Shown: positions 8,165-16,032 of the stretch, one piece after another | Numbering within the stretch: the first letter of the stretch is position 1 | How the letters are laid out: every line of letters starts with the position of its first letter | IMG/VR virus record: IMGVR_UViG_3300017766_002047 | Coordinates: 1-45,303 of that record | DNA: 45,303 bases | Source of the DNA: a virus | Lineage: Duplodnaviria > Caudoviricetes | Reading direction: 5' to 3' (one strand) | Program-made: the position numbers and the translations under genes | Notes under the pieces: model-generated | What the model saw: the letters and a program-made list of their open reading frames with translations, nothing else | Databases searched by the model: none | What the model was told of the DNA's origin: nothing

Positions 8165-10043
8165 AGTCGTAACGATTGACTACGAGACGGACGCCATTGA
8201 CGACCGGCCCAACTACCCGCCGGAGCCTGTCGGCGTAGCGATCCAGCCGCCCGGCGAGCGTGGCTTCTACATGGCTTGGGGCCACCCCGAGGGCAACAAC
8301 TGCACGAAGCAGGAGGCGTACGACACGCTCCTCAACGTCTGGCGCTCTGGCTACGGCGTCCTGATGCACCACATGAAGTTCGACCTCGCTGTGTCGTACG
8401 AACGCATGGGCTTGCCCAAGCTCGACTGGAGCCGGGCGCACGACACGATGTACCTCAACTACCTGTTGGACCCACACTGCAAGCACGGCGGGCTGAAGGA
8501 ACTGGCCGAGGCCATCCTCAACTGGCCCCCAGACGAGCGCGACGAGGTGCGTGAGTGGGTCTGGCAGAACCGTGAGCGCCTGACAGCCCAGTACGGCGGC
8601 AAGATCACACGCGCGAAGAAAGGCCCCAACAGCGCAGGGGCGTGGATATCGAAGGCCCCGGGCACCGTGGTTGCGCCGTACGCCATAGGCGACGTGCATC
8701 GTACGTCAGGGCTGTTTGAGCACTACTGGCCGCAGATCGAGCGCTGGAGCCTACAGACGGCGTACGACCGCGAGCGGCAGGTGCTGCCCATCTTCATGGA
8801 GAACGAGTGCGTGGGCGTCCGCGTGGACGTGGCGGGCTTGGAGGCCGGGCTGGAGCAGACGCGTCGCGACTTCGCCAAGGCCGAGGACTGGCTCCGCCGG
8901 AGGCTCAACAGCAGCGGGCTCAACTTCGACGCCGATCAGGACGTGGCACAAGAATTGCTTCGCAACGGGGTCGTGCTGGAGGCAGACTTCAAGGAGACGG
9001 CAGGCGGCGACCTGTCCATGTCGAAGGACAACCTTCACCCCCGCGTGTTCCAAGATCAGGAAGTCGCCCGGGCGCTGGGCTATCGCAACCGACTGCTGAC
9101 CGCTATGCGGAATTTCATGGAGCCGTGGCATGAGCAAGCCGTACGACGGGGTGACGGGCACGTATCGACCAACTGGAACCTCACGCGCAACCCGGAAGGT
9201 GGCACGCGTACTGGCCGACCTTCTACGTCGAACCCGAACCTCCTCAACATCTCGAAAGATTTCGAGGGACGGCCTGACGGTTATGAGCATCCCGCCCATC
9301 TCGGGGTTTCTCCCCTGCCCCTCGTGCGTAAGTTCATCCTGCCAGACGAAGGGCATGTGTTCTGCCACCGGGACTTTAACGGTCAGGAGCTACGTGTGTT
9401 CGCGCACTTTGAGCGAGGGAAGCTCTGGCTAGCGTACGACGCAGACCCGTCCATCGACGTTCACGCGATGGTCAAGGACGACATTCTCCGCCTGTTCCCC
9501 GGCATCGCGCTGGACCGCACGAAGGTGAAGATCATCAACTTCCGCACGATCTACGGCTCTGGCGTGCCCGGGCTGGCGCGGTCGCTGATGGTGTCACAGG
9601 GCGAGGCCAAGCTGTTCAAGCGGGCGCACTCACAGGCGCTGCCGGGCATGGCCGACCTCAACGACGGCATCCTCCGCGTCGTACGGCGGGGCGAGCCGAT
9701 CAGGACGTGGGGCGGGCGCATCTACTTCCCCGAGCCGCCCTCCTACTCCAAGAAGTTCAAGAAGATCATGGACTGGGAGTACAAGCTGATGAACTACCTG
9801 ATCCAAGGGAGCGCCGCCGATATCACCAAGCAGGCGATGATCGACTGGGACCAGATACGCGACCCGGCCACGCGTTTTCTCGTGCAGGTGTACGACGAGA
9901 TCAACATCTCCTCGCCTGTCGATATCGCGGGCCGCGAGATGGCGAAGCTGAAGGACGTGATGAACCAGCCCCGGCTCACGGTCCCGATGCTGAGCGAAGG
10001 CAAGTGGGGCTACAACTGGGGCTCTCTGGAGAAAACAGCATGA
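8151..10043 (+). CDS. polA: Family A DNA polymerase (3'-5' exonuclease and polymerase domains)
   Basis: ExoI IDYET, KFDL, TRTGRPST..PNL, motif A DFNGQELR, motif B RTKVKIINFRTIYG, NYLIQGSAAD, motif C VYDE. Confidence 0.95.
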   Translation: MATPKVVTIDYETDAIDDRPNYPPEPVGVAIQPPGERGFYMAWGHPEGNNCTKQEAYDTLLNVWRSGYGVLMHHMKFDLAVSYERMGLPKLDWSRAHDTMYLNYLLDPHCKHGGLKELAEAILNWPPDERDEVREWVWQNRERLTAQYGGKITRAKKGPNSAGAWISKAPGTVVAPYAIGDVHRTSGLFEHYWPQIERWSLQTAYDRERQVLPIFMENECVGVRVDVAGLEAGLEQTRRDFAKAEDWLRRRLNSSGLNFDADQDVAQELLRNGVVLEADFKETAGGDLSMSKDNLHPRVFQDQEVARALGYRNRLLTAMRNFMEPWHEQAVRRGDGHVSTNWNLTRNPEGGTRTGRPSTSNPNLLNISKDFEGRPDGYEHPAHLGVSPLPLVRKFILPDEGHVFCHRDFNGQELRVFAHFERGKLWLAYDADPSIDVHAMVKDDILRLFPGIALDRTKVKIINFRTIYGSGVPGLARSLMVSQGEAKLFKRAHSQALPGMADLNDGILRVVRRGEPIRTWGGRIYFPEPPSYSKKFKKIMDWEYKLMNYLIQGSAADITKQAMIDWDQIRDPATRFLVQVYDEINISSPVDIAGREMAKLKDVMNQPRLTVPMLSEGKWGYNWGSLEKTA

Positions 10044-10168
10044 TTAACAAGATCAAATCCGCGCTTGTGGCGTTCGGCGTACTTGTGCTCTGCCTCGCCC
10101 TTCTGTTCATGATGGGCCTGTCGATGCTGGCACAGATGGGCTTCCGCTGGGGGCCGGGGGCGGCATGA
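10040..10168 (+). CDS. Small membrane protein
   Basis: ATGA overlap with polA; hydrophobic stretch. Confidence 0.5.
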   Translation: MINKIKSALVAFGVLVLCLALLFMMGLSMLAQMGFRWGPGAA

Positions 10169-10228
10169 GACTTGCATATCACATCTGGCTCGCGCTGATG
10201 GTCGGCGCGGTTGTAATGGGAGGTTGAC

Positions 10229-10597
10229 GTGACGGCATCAGCAATACGTTCGGTCGCGAAAGAGATCGCATTCGAGCGCGGCAGGCAGGACGAGAAGTGG
10301 GGCGCGCAGAACCACCGCTCGTTCATCAAGACCGTGCGCGGCTTCCCCGAGGCCGAGGCGCGCAAGATCATCGCAGCCGAGTACGGCATCCCCACCGAGG
10401 AGAAGGCCAAGGCCGCGTGCGATCAGGCGATGAAGGACGGGAAGTGTACGTGGATGCACATTCTGGTCGAGGAAGTCTGCGAAGTCGGCGCGGCGTTCAA
10501 GAACCCCGTGGCGCTCCGCAAGGAACTGATCCAAGTCGCGGCGGTTGCGGCGGCGTGGGCTCAGGCGATTGACGAAGGCCGGGCGGGCGGCTGGTGA
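10229..10597 (+). CDS. MazG-like nucleotide pyrophosphohydrolase-family protein
   Basis: ERGRQDEKWG, ILVEEVCEV and ELIQVAAVAAAW all-alpha NTP-PPase pattern; GGAGG RBS. Confidence 0.7.
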   Translation: MTASAIRSVAKEIAFERGRQDEKWGAQNHRSFIKTVRGFPEAEARKIIAAEYGIPTEEKAKAACDQAMKDGKCTWMHILVEEVCEVGAAFKNPVALRKELIQVAAVAAAWAQAIDEGRAGGW

Positions 10598-10911
10598 GCA
10601 GTCGGCGGGACAAGATCAGGGCGAAGATTTACGCCCGCGTCCGCCTTGAGGCCGGGCCGCTCGACACCCCATGTCACATCTGGACTGGGCCATCGTCGGG
10701 CGACACCGGGCGCGGCAAGGACTACCCCCGCATGAACCTCGACGGCGCGACAGTGGCCGTCCACAAGGCGGCGTGGATCAACGAGCACGGCATGATCCCG
10801 CCCCGGAAACAACTCGATCACTTGTGCAAAAGGCGTCGCTGTGTTAATGAGGCGCACCTTGAGCTTGTTACGCACAAGGAAAACCAGCGGAGGCGCGATC
10901 AATGCAAGTAG
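10594..10911 (+). CDS. HNH endonuclease
   Basis: CHIWTG...DHLCKRRRCVNEAHLELVTHKEN. Confidence 0.9.
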   Translation: MSSRRDKIRAKIYARVRLEAGPLDTPCHIWTGPSSGDTGRGKDYPRMNLDGATVAVHKAAWINEHGMIPPRKQLDHLCKRRRCVNEAHLELVTHKENQRRRDQCK

Positions 10912-11597
10912 GCGGCAACGGCGTCGATGCGTGGAGCTATAGCCGGTACGATATGTACCAGCAGTGCCCCCAGAAGTTCAAGTTCTCGGTGATCGACAAG
11001 CTCGCGACGCCGCCCAGCGACGCTATGGATCGCGGTCGCCAAATCCACAAGCTCGCGGAGAAGCATCTCCTCAATCCCGACCCGGCGGCACCGACCCCGC
11101 CCGAACTCAACCTGTTCACGCCGCTGTTCGACTGGCTCCGTACGTCGAACCTCAACCTCATGGTCGAGCAGCAGTGGGCGTTCACGAAGGACTGGCGCGT
11201 CACCGGCTGGTTCGCGAAGTCGCCGCCGATGAACAAGGCGTGGTATCGCGGCGTGGTGGACGCGGCGGTCAACTACGGCGACGGCGAGATGCTTCTGATT
11301 GACCACAAGACCGGCAAGATGTACGACACGAACGAGGACCAGATCGAACTGTTCGCGATGACTGGCTTCCTCCGCTTCCCCGACGTGAAGAAGGTCGAAG
11401 CCCGGCTCTGGTATCTCGACAGCGGCGATGAAGTCGTACGAAACTACTCGCGCGACAACCTCCCCGCGCAGATCACGAAGTGGGAGACGGCCATAGGACC
11501 CATGTTCAATGACACGATCTTTGCTCCCCGTCCCAACAACCTCTGTAAGTATTGCCCGTTCTCGCGCACTCAAGGCGGACCTTGCAAGGCGGCTTGA
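10902..11597 (+). CDS. PD-(D/E)XK (Cas4/RecB-like) exonuclease
   Basis: WSYSR..YQQCP, GRQIH, VD, IDHKTGK and C-terminal CKYCPF..C. Confidence 0.85.
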   Translation: MQVGGNGVDAWSYSRYDMYQQCPQKFKFSVIDKLATPPSDAMDRGRQIHKLAEKHLLNPDPAAPTPPELNLFTPLFDWLRTSNLNLMVEQQWAFTKDWRVTGWFAKSPPMNKAWYRGVVDAAVNYGDGEMLLIDHKTGKMYDTNEDQIELFAMTGFLRFPDVKKVEARLWYLDSGDEVVRNYSRDNLPAQITKWETAIGPMFNDTIFAPRPNNLCKYCPFSRTQGGPCKAA

Positions 11598-11892
11598 ACT
11601 ACAGACTGAGGCGTACGTCAGAGATCACTGCGTCACGATGGCGGAGGGGCTAGGCGTCCTCCACGAACGGAACCACAAGGGCAAGGGCGCGGCGACAGGA
11701 TACCCAGATGACAAGTTTTACATCGCAGGCGGGAGGCCGTGGATTGTCGAGTTCAAGCGCCCCGGCGAGCGCCCCAAGAAGCGGCAACTCTACATCATCG
11801 GCCAACTCCAAGAAGCTGGTTACGACGTTTCTGTCATCGACCGCATTGACACGTTCTGCACCGAGTTCCTTCAAAGAGTGGGTGCCGTCTGA
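11509..11892 (+). CDS. VRR-NUC domain nuclease (true start uncertain, probably later)
   Basis: GYPD...IVEFKRPGERP..RQ motif; typical position before an SNF2 helicase. Confidence 0.8.
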   Translation: MTRSLLPVPTTSVSIARSRALKADLARRLELQTEAYVRDHCVTMAEGLGVLHERNHKGKGAATGYPDDKFYIAGGRPWIVEFKRPGERPKKRQLYIIGQLQEAGYDVSVIDRIDTFCTEFLQRVGAV

Positions 11893-13942
11893 CGGCCAAC
11901 GCGCCGCCGTCGAGTTCCTTCTCTCTCATAGCTGCGCCGCGCTCTGGGCGGACCCGGGCGCAGGCAAGACCTCCATCACCCTGACGGCCTTCGTGGCGCT
12001 CCAGCAGGCTGGGGTTGCCCGTAAGATGCTGGTGATCGCCCCGCTGCGCGTCTGCCAGCTTACGTGGCGGCAGGAAACGTCGAAGTGGGCTCACACCCGC
12101 CACCTGACCGTCTCGCTGATCCACGGGAACAAGAAGGCCCAAGCCGCCGAGGCCGAGGCCGATATCTACCTCATTAACTACGAAGGCTTGGCTTGGCTGG
12201 AGAAGCACTTCAAGGGTCGTCCGCTGCCGTACGACACAGTGGTGTGCGACGAGATCACGAAGGTCAAGAACGCCCAGTCGAAGCGCTCCAAGTCGCTCCG
12301 CAAGCTCACCGCGCGCACGCCGCGCCGCTGGGGCCTGACCGGCACGCCCGCCCCGAACGGCTATCTGGACCTGTTCGGCCAGTACCTGTGGGTCGATCAG
12401 GGCGCGTCGCTGGGCGGCTTCTACAGCCACTACCGGCAGCGCTTCTTCCAGCCCTCGTTCGACGGCTTCAACTGGGACCTCCAGAAAGGCGCGGAGGAAC
12501 GCATCCACAAGGCCATCGCGGACTGCACGTTCCGCCTGTCCTACACCGACCTCCCGTCGATCCGCGACAACCCGATCTTCATCGAACTCGACGCTGCCTC
12601 GCGTAAGGCGTACGACGAGATGAAGAAGGAGGCCCTGATCGAAACCGAGGACGGTATCGTCACGGCGGCGAACAGTGCGGCGGTCTATTCCAAACTGAAA
12701 CAGATGGCGAACGGCGCGGTCTACGTCTCGGACAACACCGAGGGGAAGCGGCGTACGGTCGCCCACATTCACGATGCCAAGCTCGACGCGCTGGAGGACT
12801 TGGTGGAGGAGTTGAGCGGTCAGCCGCTCCTCGTCGCCTATGAGTTCCAGCACGACCTCGCCCGCATCCAAGCCCGCTTCCCGGGCACGCCGTACCTCGG
12901 ATCGGGCGTGTCGGAGAAGGACGCCGTTCGTATCCAGCGCGAGTGGAATGAGGGCAAAATCAAGATACTAGCCTGTCATCCGGCGTCCGTCGGACACGGG
13001 CTCGACTTCCAAGAGGGCGGCGCGGGCCACCTCGTCTGGTTCTCCGCGAGCTTCGACTTGGAACTATATGAGCAGTTCATCCGCCGCATCCGGCGTCAGG
13101 GCAACCCAAATGAGAGGGTTGTCAACCACCAGCTTATCGTGAGAAACACGATAGACGAAGTTGTGTTCGCGTCCCTCGTGACCAAGGACACCACACAGGC
13201 ACGGCTCTTGCAGGGCATTGCCAGCCTACTACGCAACGAAGATCAAACGGAGGCCCACATGGCTATTCAGAAACTCCCCTTCCAAGGTCAAGCCGGAGCC
13301 CCGCAAGCTCCCGCACCTCAACCCCAGCAGCAGCCGCAGTACGCGCCGCAGCCGCCCCAGTACGCGGCACCTCAACCGCCGCAACAGTACGCCCAACCGC
13401 CGCAGTGCGCACCGCCCCCGCCGCCCCCGGCTCCGCCGCAGCAGCCGGTCAGCAGCTTCGCCCAGCAGGCGCAGCACGCCCCGGTCCACGCCCAGACGCA
13501 GCAGGGCCAGCAGATCGAGGCCGGGCTTACTCAGCAGCCGGTCTACGCTCCCCCGCCGCCTCCGCCTGCCCCGGCAGGCAACGTGCCGCTGGTCGATCCG
13601 GCGCTCATGGCGCGGCTGGCCGGTGCGAACGGCGCTCACGGCGTCGAGGCTCAGCCCCCGGCTCCGCCGCCGCAGCAGCAGTATATCCAGACTGGGAACG
13701 AGCGCCCGCTCCAACCCGACCCCCAACCGGCGAACGTACAAACCGACGCCGGGGCGGAACAGCCGAAGGCCACACGGAGCCGGAGCCGTCGTACGACAGC
13801 TTCTGCTGCTACCGCTGCACCCGGCACCTCCGCCGAACCCTCCGCCGACGATGCCGACAGCGTGGTGAACGTCCACATCTCGTTCTCTGGCACCGACCCG
13901 GCGGCTGTGAAGGCCGCGATCAGGGCGTTCCTCGACGCCTAG
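11708..13942 (+). CDS. SNF2-family helicase with an in-frame Pro/Gln-rich C-terminal extension (start possibly TTG 11846)
   Basis: DPGAGKT, VCDE, LTGTP, HPASVGHGLD and QFIRRIRRQG; no stop before the PQ-rich tail. Confidence 0.9.
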   Translation: MTSFTSQAGGRGLSSSSAPASAPRSGNSTSSANSKKLVTTFLSSTALTRSAPSSFKEWVPSDGQRAAVEFLLSHSCAALWADPGAGKTSITLTAFVALQQAGVARKMLVIAPLRVCQLTWRQETSKWAHTRHLTVSLIHGNKKAQAAEAEADIYLINYEGLAWLEKHFKGRPLPYDTVVCDEITKVKNAQSKRSKSLRKLTARTPRRWGLTGTPAPNGYLDLFGQYLWVDQGASLGGFYSHYRQRFFQPSFDGFNWDLQKGAEERIHKAIADCTFRLSYTDLPSIRDNPIFIELDAASRKAYDEMKKEALIETEDGIVTAANSAAVYSKLKQMANGAVYVSDNTEGKRRTVAHIHDAKLDALEDLVEELSGQPLLVAYEFQHDLARIQARFPGTPYLGSGVSEKDAVRIQREWNEGKIKILACHPASVGHGLDFQEGGAGHLVWFSASFDLELYEQFIRRIRRQGNPNERVVNHQLIVRNTIDEVVFASLVTKDTTQARLLQGIASLLRNEDQTEAHMAIQKLPFQGQAGAPQAPAPQPQQQPQYAPQPPQYAAPQPPQQYAQPPQCAPPPPPPAPPQQPVSSFAQQAQHAPVHAQTQQGQQIEAGLTQQPVYAPPPPPPAPAGNVPLVDPALMARLAGANGAHGVEAQPPAPPPQQQYIQTGNERPLQPDPQPANVQTDAGAEQPKATRSRSRRTTASAATAAPGTSAEPSADDADSVVNVHISFSGTDPAAVKAAIRAFLDA
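13259..13942 (+). CDS. Pro/Gln-rich low-complexity protein from an internal in-frame start
   Basis: GGAGG 13249-13253 then ATG 13259 (MAIQKLP...). Confidence 0.6.
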   Translation: MAIQKLPFQGQAGAPQAPAPQPQQQPQYAPQPPQYAAPQPPQQYAQPPQCAPPPPPPAPPQQPVSSFAQQAQHAPVHAQTQQGQQIEAGLTQQPVYAPPPPPPAPAGNVPLVDPALMARLAGANGAHGVEAQPPAPPPQQQYIQTGNERPLQPDPQPANVQTDAGAEQPKATRSRSRRTTASAATAAPGTSAEPSADDADSVVNVHISFSGTDPAAVKAAIRAFLDA

Positions 13943-13968
13943 ACAGCCCAGCAGCTAAGTGATATGGA
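13940..13968 (+). promoter_or_regulatory. Putative late promoter of the lysis cassette
   Basis: TAGACAGCCCAGCAGCTA is 17/18 identical to the minus-strand element at 39220-39203; weak -10 TATGGA. Confidence 0.45.
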
Positions 13969-13998
13969 GAGGGCTCTGGCAAACACCGGAGCCCTTTC
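13967..13998 (+). terminator. 13-bp stem-loop: terminator and/or RBS-sequestering hairpin before the endolysin
   Basis: GAGAGGGCTCTGG-CAAACA-CCGGAGCCCTTTC. Confidence 0.55.
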
Positions 13999-14001
13999 TG
14001 C

Positions 14002-14439
14002 ATGAAGCTGACCCCTAACTTCTCACTGAGCGAGTTCACCCGCAGCGCTACGGCGAAGCGGCTGGGTATCGTCAACGCCCCAACCGAGGAGCATCTAGCG
14101 AACCTTCGCCTGACTGCACTGGGGATGGAGATGGTCAGGCTGCGGTTGGGCTTGCCCATCAAGGTCACGAGCGGCTACCGCTGCTCGGCGCTCAACAAGG
14201 CCGTCGGCGGCACACCGACGAGCGCCCACGCTGTTGGGCTGGCCTGCGACTTCACGGCCAAGGGCGAGAGCGCGGCCCAGACAGCCAAACGGCTCAAGGG
14301 TATGCTGCCGTACGACCAACTCATTCTGGAAACCTCGCGCGGGGTTGTCCACATCTCGTTCGATCCGCGTCTCAGGATGCAAGCGCTGACGCAGCCGGGC
14401 GGACCCGGCACCCCTATTGAGCAAGGGATCAACCCATGA
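14002..14439 (+). CDS. Endolysin, peptidase M15A family
   Basis: LTPNFSLSEF, TSGYRC..LN..VGG..TSAH..G.ACD, DQLILE and VHISF. Confidence 0.9.
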   Translation: MKLTPNFSLSEFTRSATAKRLGIVNAPTEEHLANLRLTALGMEMVRLRLGLPIKVTSGYRCSALNKAVGGTPTSAHAVGLACDFTAKGESAAQTAKRLKGMLPYDQLILETSRGVVHISFDPRLRMQALTQPGGPGTPIEQGINP

Positions 14440-14696
14440 ACGATATCTGGGCCAAGGTCGGTGTGGGCGCTGTGGGCGTCATCCTCGCTGTGCTGCTGTA
14501 CCTGCGGACGTGGGCCAACGCCAAGCGCGAGGCCACACTGGAGCACCGTATCGAGGACTTGACGAAGATGCGCCAAATCGAGGAGAACTCCAATGCGTCT
14601 GCCACTGCTGCCGAAGATCGCCGCGACCCTGCTGCTGACAGCAACCCTAGCGTCGTGTCTGGGGCCGACCTCCCTGACTGGCTCCGCCGCTCCTGA
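14436..14696 (+). CDS. Putative i-spanin (Rz-like)
   Basis: N-terminal TM helix plus coiled-coil; directly after the endolysin. Confidence 0.65.
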   Translation: MNDIWAKVGVGAVGVILAVLLYLRTWANAKREATLEHRIEDLTKMRQIEENSNASATAAEDRRDPAADSNPSVVSGADLPDWLRRS

Positions 14697-14949
14697 GACG
14701 CTTCTCACCAAGTCGGCGGTCGCCCGCCTGTACCCGCCCATCGGCATAGCGCCGGGCGACGTTCTGACGTACGGCACAGCCTGCCGGATCATCGAGCATG
14801 ACGTGACCTTCTATTGCGAAAACCCCGAGGCAGCGCCCCGGGGTTTCCCTCGTGCTCAACTGTGCGCGGCTGGCGTCAAGCCTTGCGAGCTTTTGCTTTC
14901 GCAGCCGAAGCCGCCTTCGCCGCCTCCACCGCCGGGCTCCCAGATATAA
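14593..14949 (+). CDS. Putative o-spanin lipoprotein (Rz1-like)
   Basis: Overlaps the Rz-like gene in another frame; lipobox LASC; Pro-rich. Confidence 0.65.
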   Translation: MRLPLLPKIAATLLLTATLASCLGPTSLTGSAAPETLLTKSAVARLYPPIGIAPGDVLTYGTACRIIEHDVTFYCENPEAAPRGFPRAQLCAAGVKPCELLLSQPKPPSPPPPPGSQI

Positions 14950-15319
14950 CCGGCGTCACCGGCGTCTCGTAGCCCTCGCGCTCCATCTCCTCCTGTAGCA
15001 TCGCAGCCGCGCGCCAGAGCAGCGCAGCGGAGTGACGCATGACGTACGACACACCGTCGATCACGACGATCTCGGTGCGCCCGCGTTCAAGCAGGTGACG
15101 CCCGATGCAGTCGGCGTGGTCGAGCGACTTGTCACGCGCCCAGTGCAGCGGCTCGCCCGGGTTGTGTTTCAGGTTGCCGACGAACGAGTGCCGGGCACCT
15201 TCCATGATCGCCGCCGGGAAGTAGTCGAGGAAGCCCGTCGTGAGGGGGTACGCCTTCCGTTCGGCGCTGTCTTGCGAGATAATGCCCTTTGAAACGGGCT
15301 GTTTGGTCGATTTCTTCAT
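14876..15319 (-). CDS. dATP/dGTP diphosphohydrolase domain (DUF5664-like) protein
   Basis: GFLDYFPAAI..ARHSFVGNLKHNPGEPLHW.R.KS.DH.DCI.RHL; AGGAGG RBS. Confidence 0.7.
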   Translation of the reverse strand: MKKSTKQPVSKGIISQDSAERKAYPLTTGFLDYFPAAIMEGARHSFVGNLKHNPGEPLHWARDKSLDHADCIGRHLLERGRTEIVVIDGVSYVMRHSAALLWRAAAMLQEEMEREGYETPVTPVISGSPAVEAAKAASAAKAKARKA

Positions 15320-15421
15320 AGATGGGCCTCCTGTGGGCGCTGGTGAGAAAGGGCGGTTTGTGGGACGTGGGTAGCGGGCGTGTCGTCCGAGGCGGCTCCT
15401 GCCTCAAGCCTCGCAGACTTT

Positions 15422-16006
15422 TTAGGCGGCTCGATGCCTTGCCATCTGGGACATGGCGGCGATGGCTCCGAGATAGCGATCCTTCGCCTCGTGCCAGTCC
15501 CACGGCTTGATCTTGATCGGAAGCGGACCCCATTCGTCCCATTCGGCGGGGTAGTCCCAACGCCAGCCGGTCTTGGCGCAAAGCTGGTCCTTCTCGGTGA
15601 GGAACATCTGGGCGTCGAGCTTCTTCGTCTCGGGCCGCACGTACAGGGGCACCGGGATACCGCGCCGGTCGAGCGAGGTGCGGATGGCTAGGTCCATGTC
15701 GTCCTCGATCTGCCGGAACTGCGGCATGATCCGCTTCAGCGGCGTCCGCATGTCGCCCATGTACGCCTCGGGCGCGTCGTGGAACAGGAAGTCGAGGCCG
15801 AGCACGGGGTCGTTCGTGGCGGACAGAATGTGCTGCGCGCCGAGCACCTGATGCTGGGCCACGCTGTAGGGGAACTTCGTCGCCCCGCCGAAGCGGTTCA
15901 CCATCGAGAGGTGATGCGCGATATCCTCCAGCGTGTAGCGGTTCTTGTAGAGGAGTGGGAACTCAAAGGCGATCTTCTCGCCAGTGACCGTCGTGGTGTA
16001 CGCCAT
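15422..16006 (-). CDS. HD-domain phosphohydrolase (YfbR/YfdR-like 5'-deoxynucleotidase)
   Basis: DIAHHLS..NRFGG..YSVAQH...LFHDAPEAYMGD; AGGAGG RBS before ATG 16006. Confidence 0.85.
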   Translation of the reverse strand: MAYTTTVTGEKIAFEFPLLYKNRYTLEDIAHHLSMVNRFGGATKFPYSVAQHQVLGAQHILSATNDPVLGLDFLFHDAPEAYMGDMRTPLKRIMPQFRQIEDDMDLAIRTSLDRRGIPVPLYVRPETKKLDAQMFLTEKDQLCAKTGWRWDYPAEWDEWGPLPIKIKPWDWHEAKDRYLGAIAAMSQMARHRAA

Positions 16007-16032
16007 AGGTTGCCTCCTGTCGTACGGTTGAA

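Noticed and set aside
10594-10911. HNH as an intron-encoded homing endonuclease
   Set aside because: It is free-standing and coupled to both neighbours, and the flanking genes appear uninterrupted
10902-11597. Cas4 as evidence of a CRISPR system
   Set aside because: Stand-alone Cas4-like PD-(D/E)XK nucleases are routine in phage replication modules
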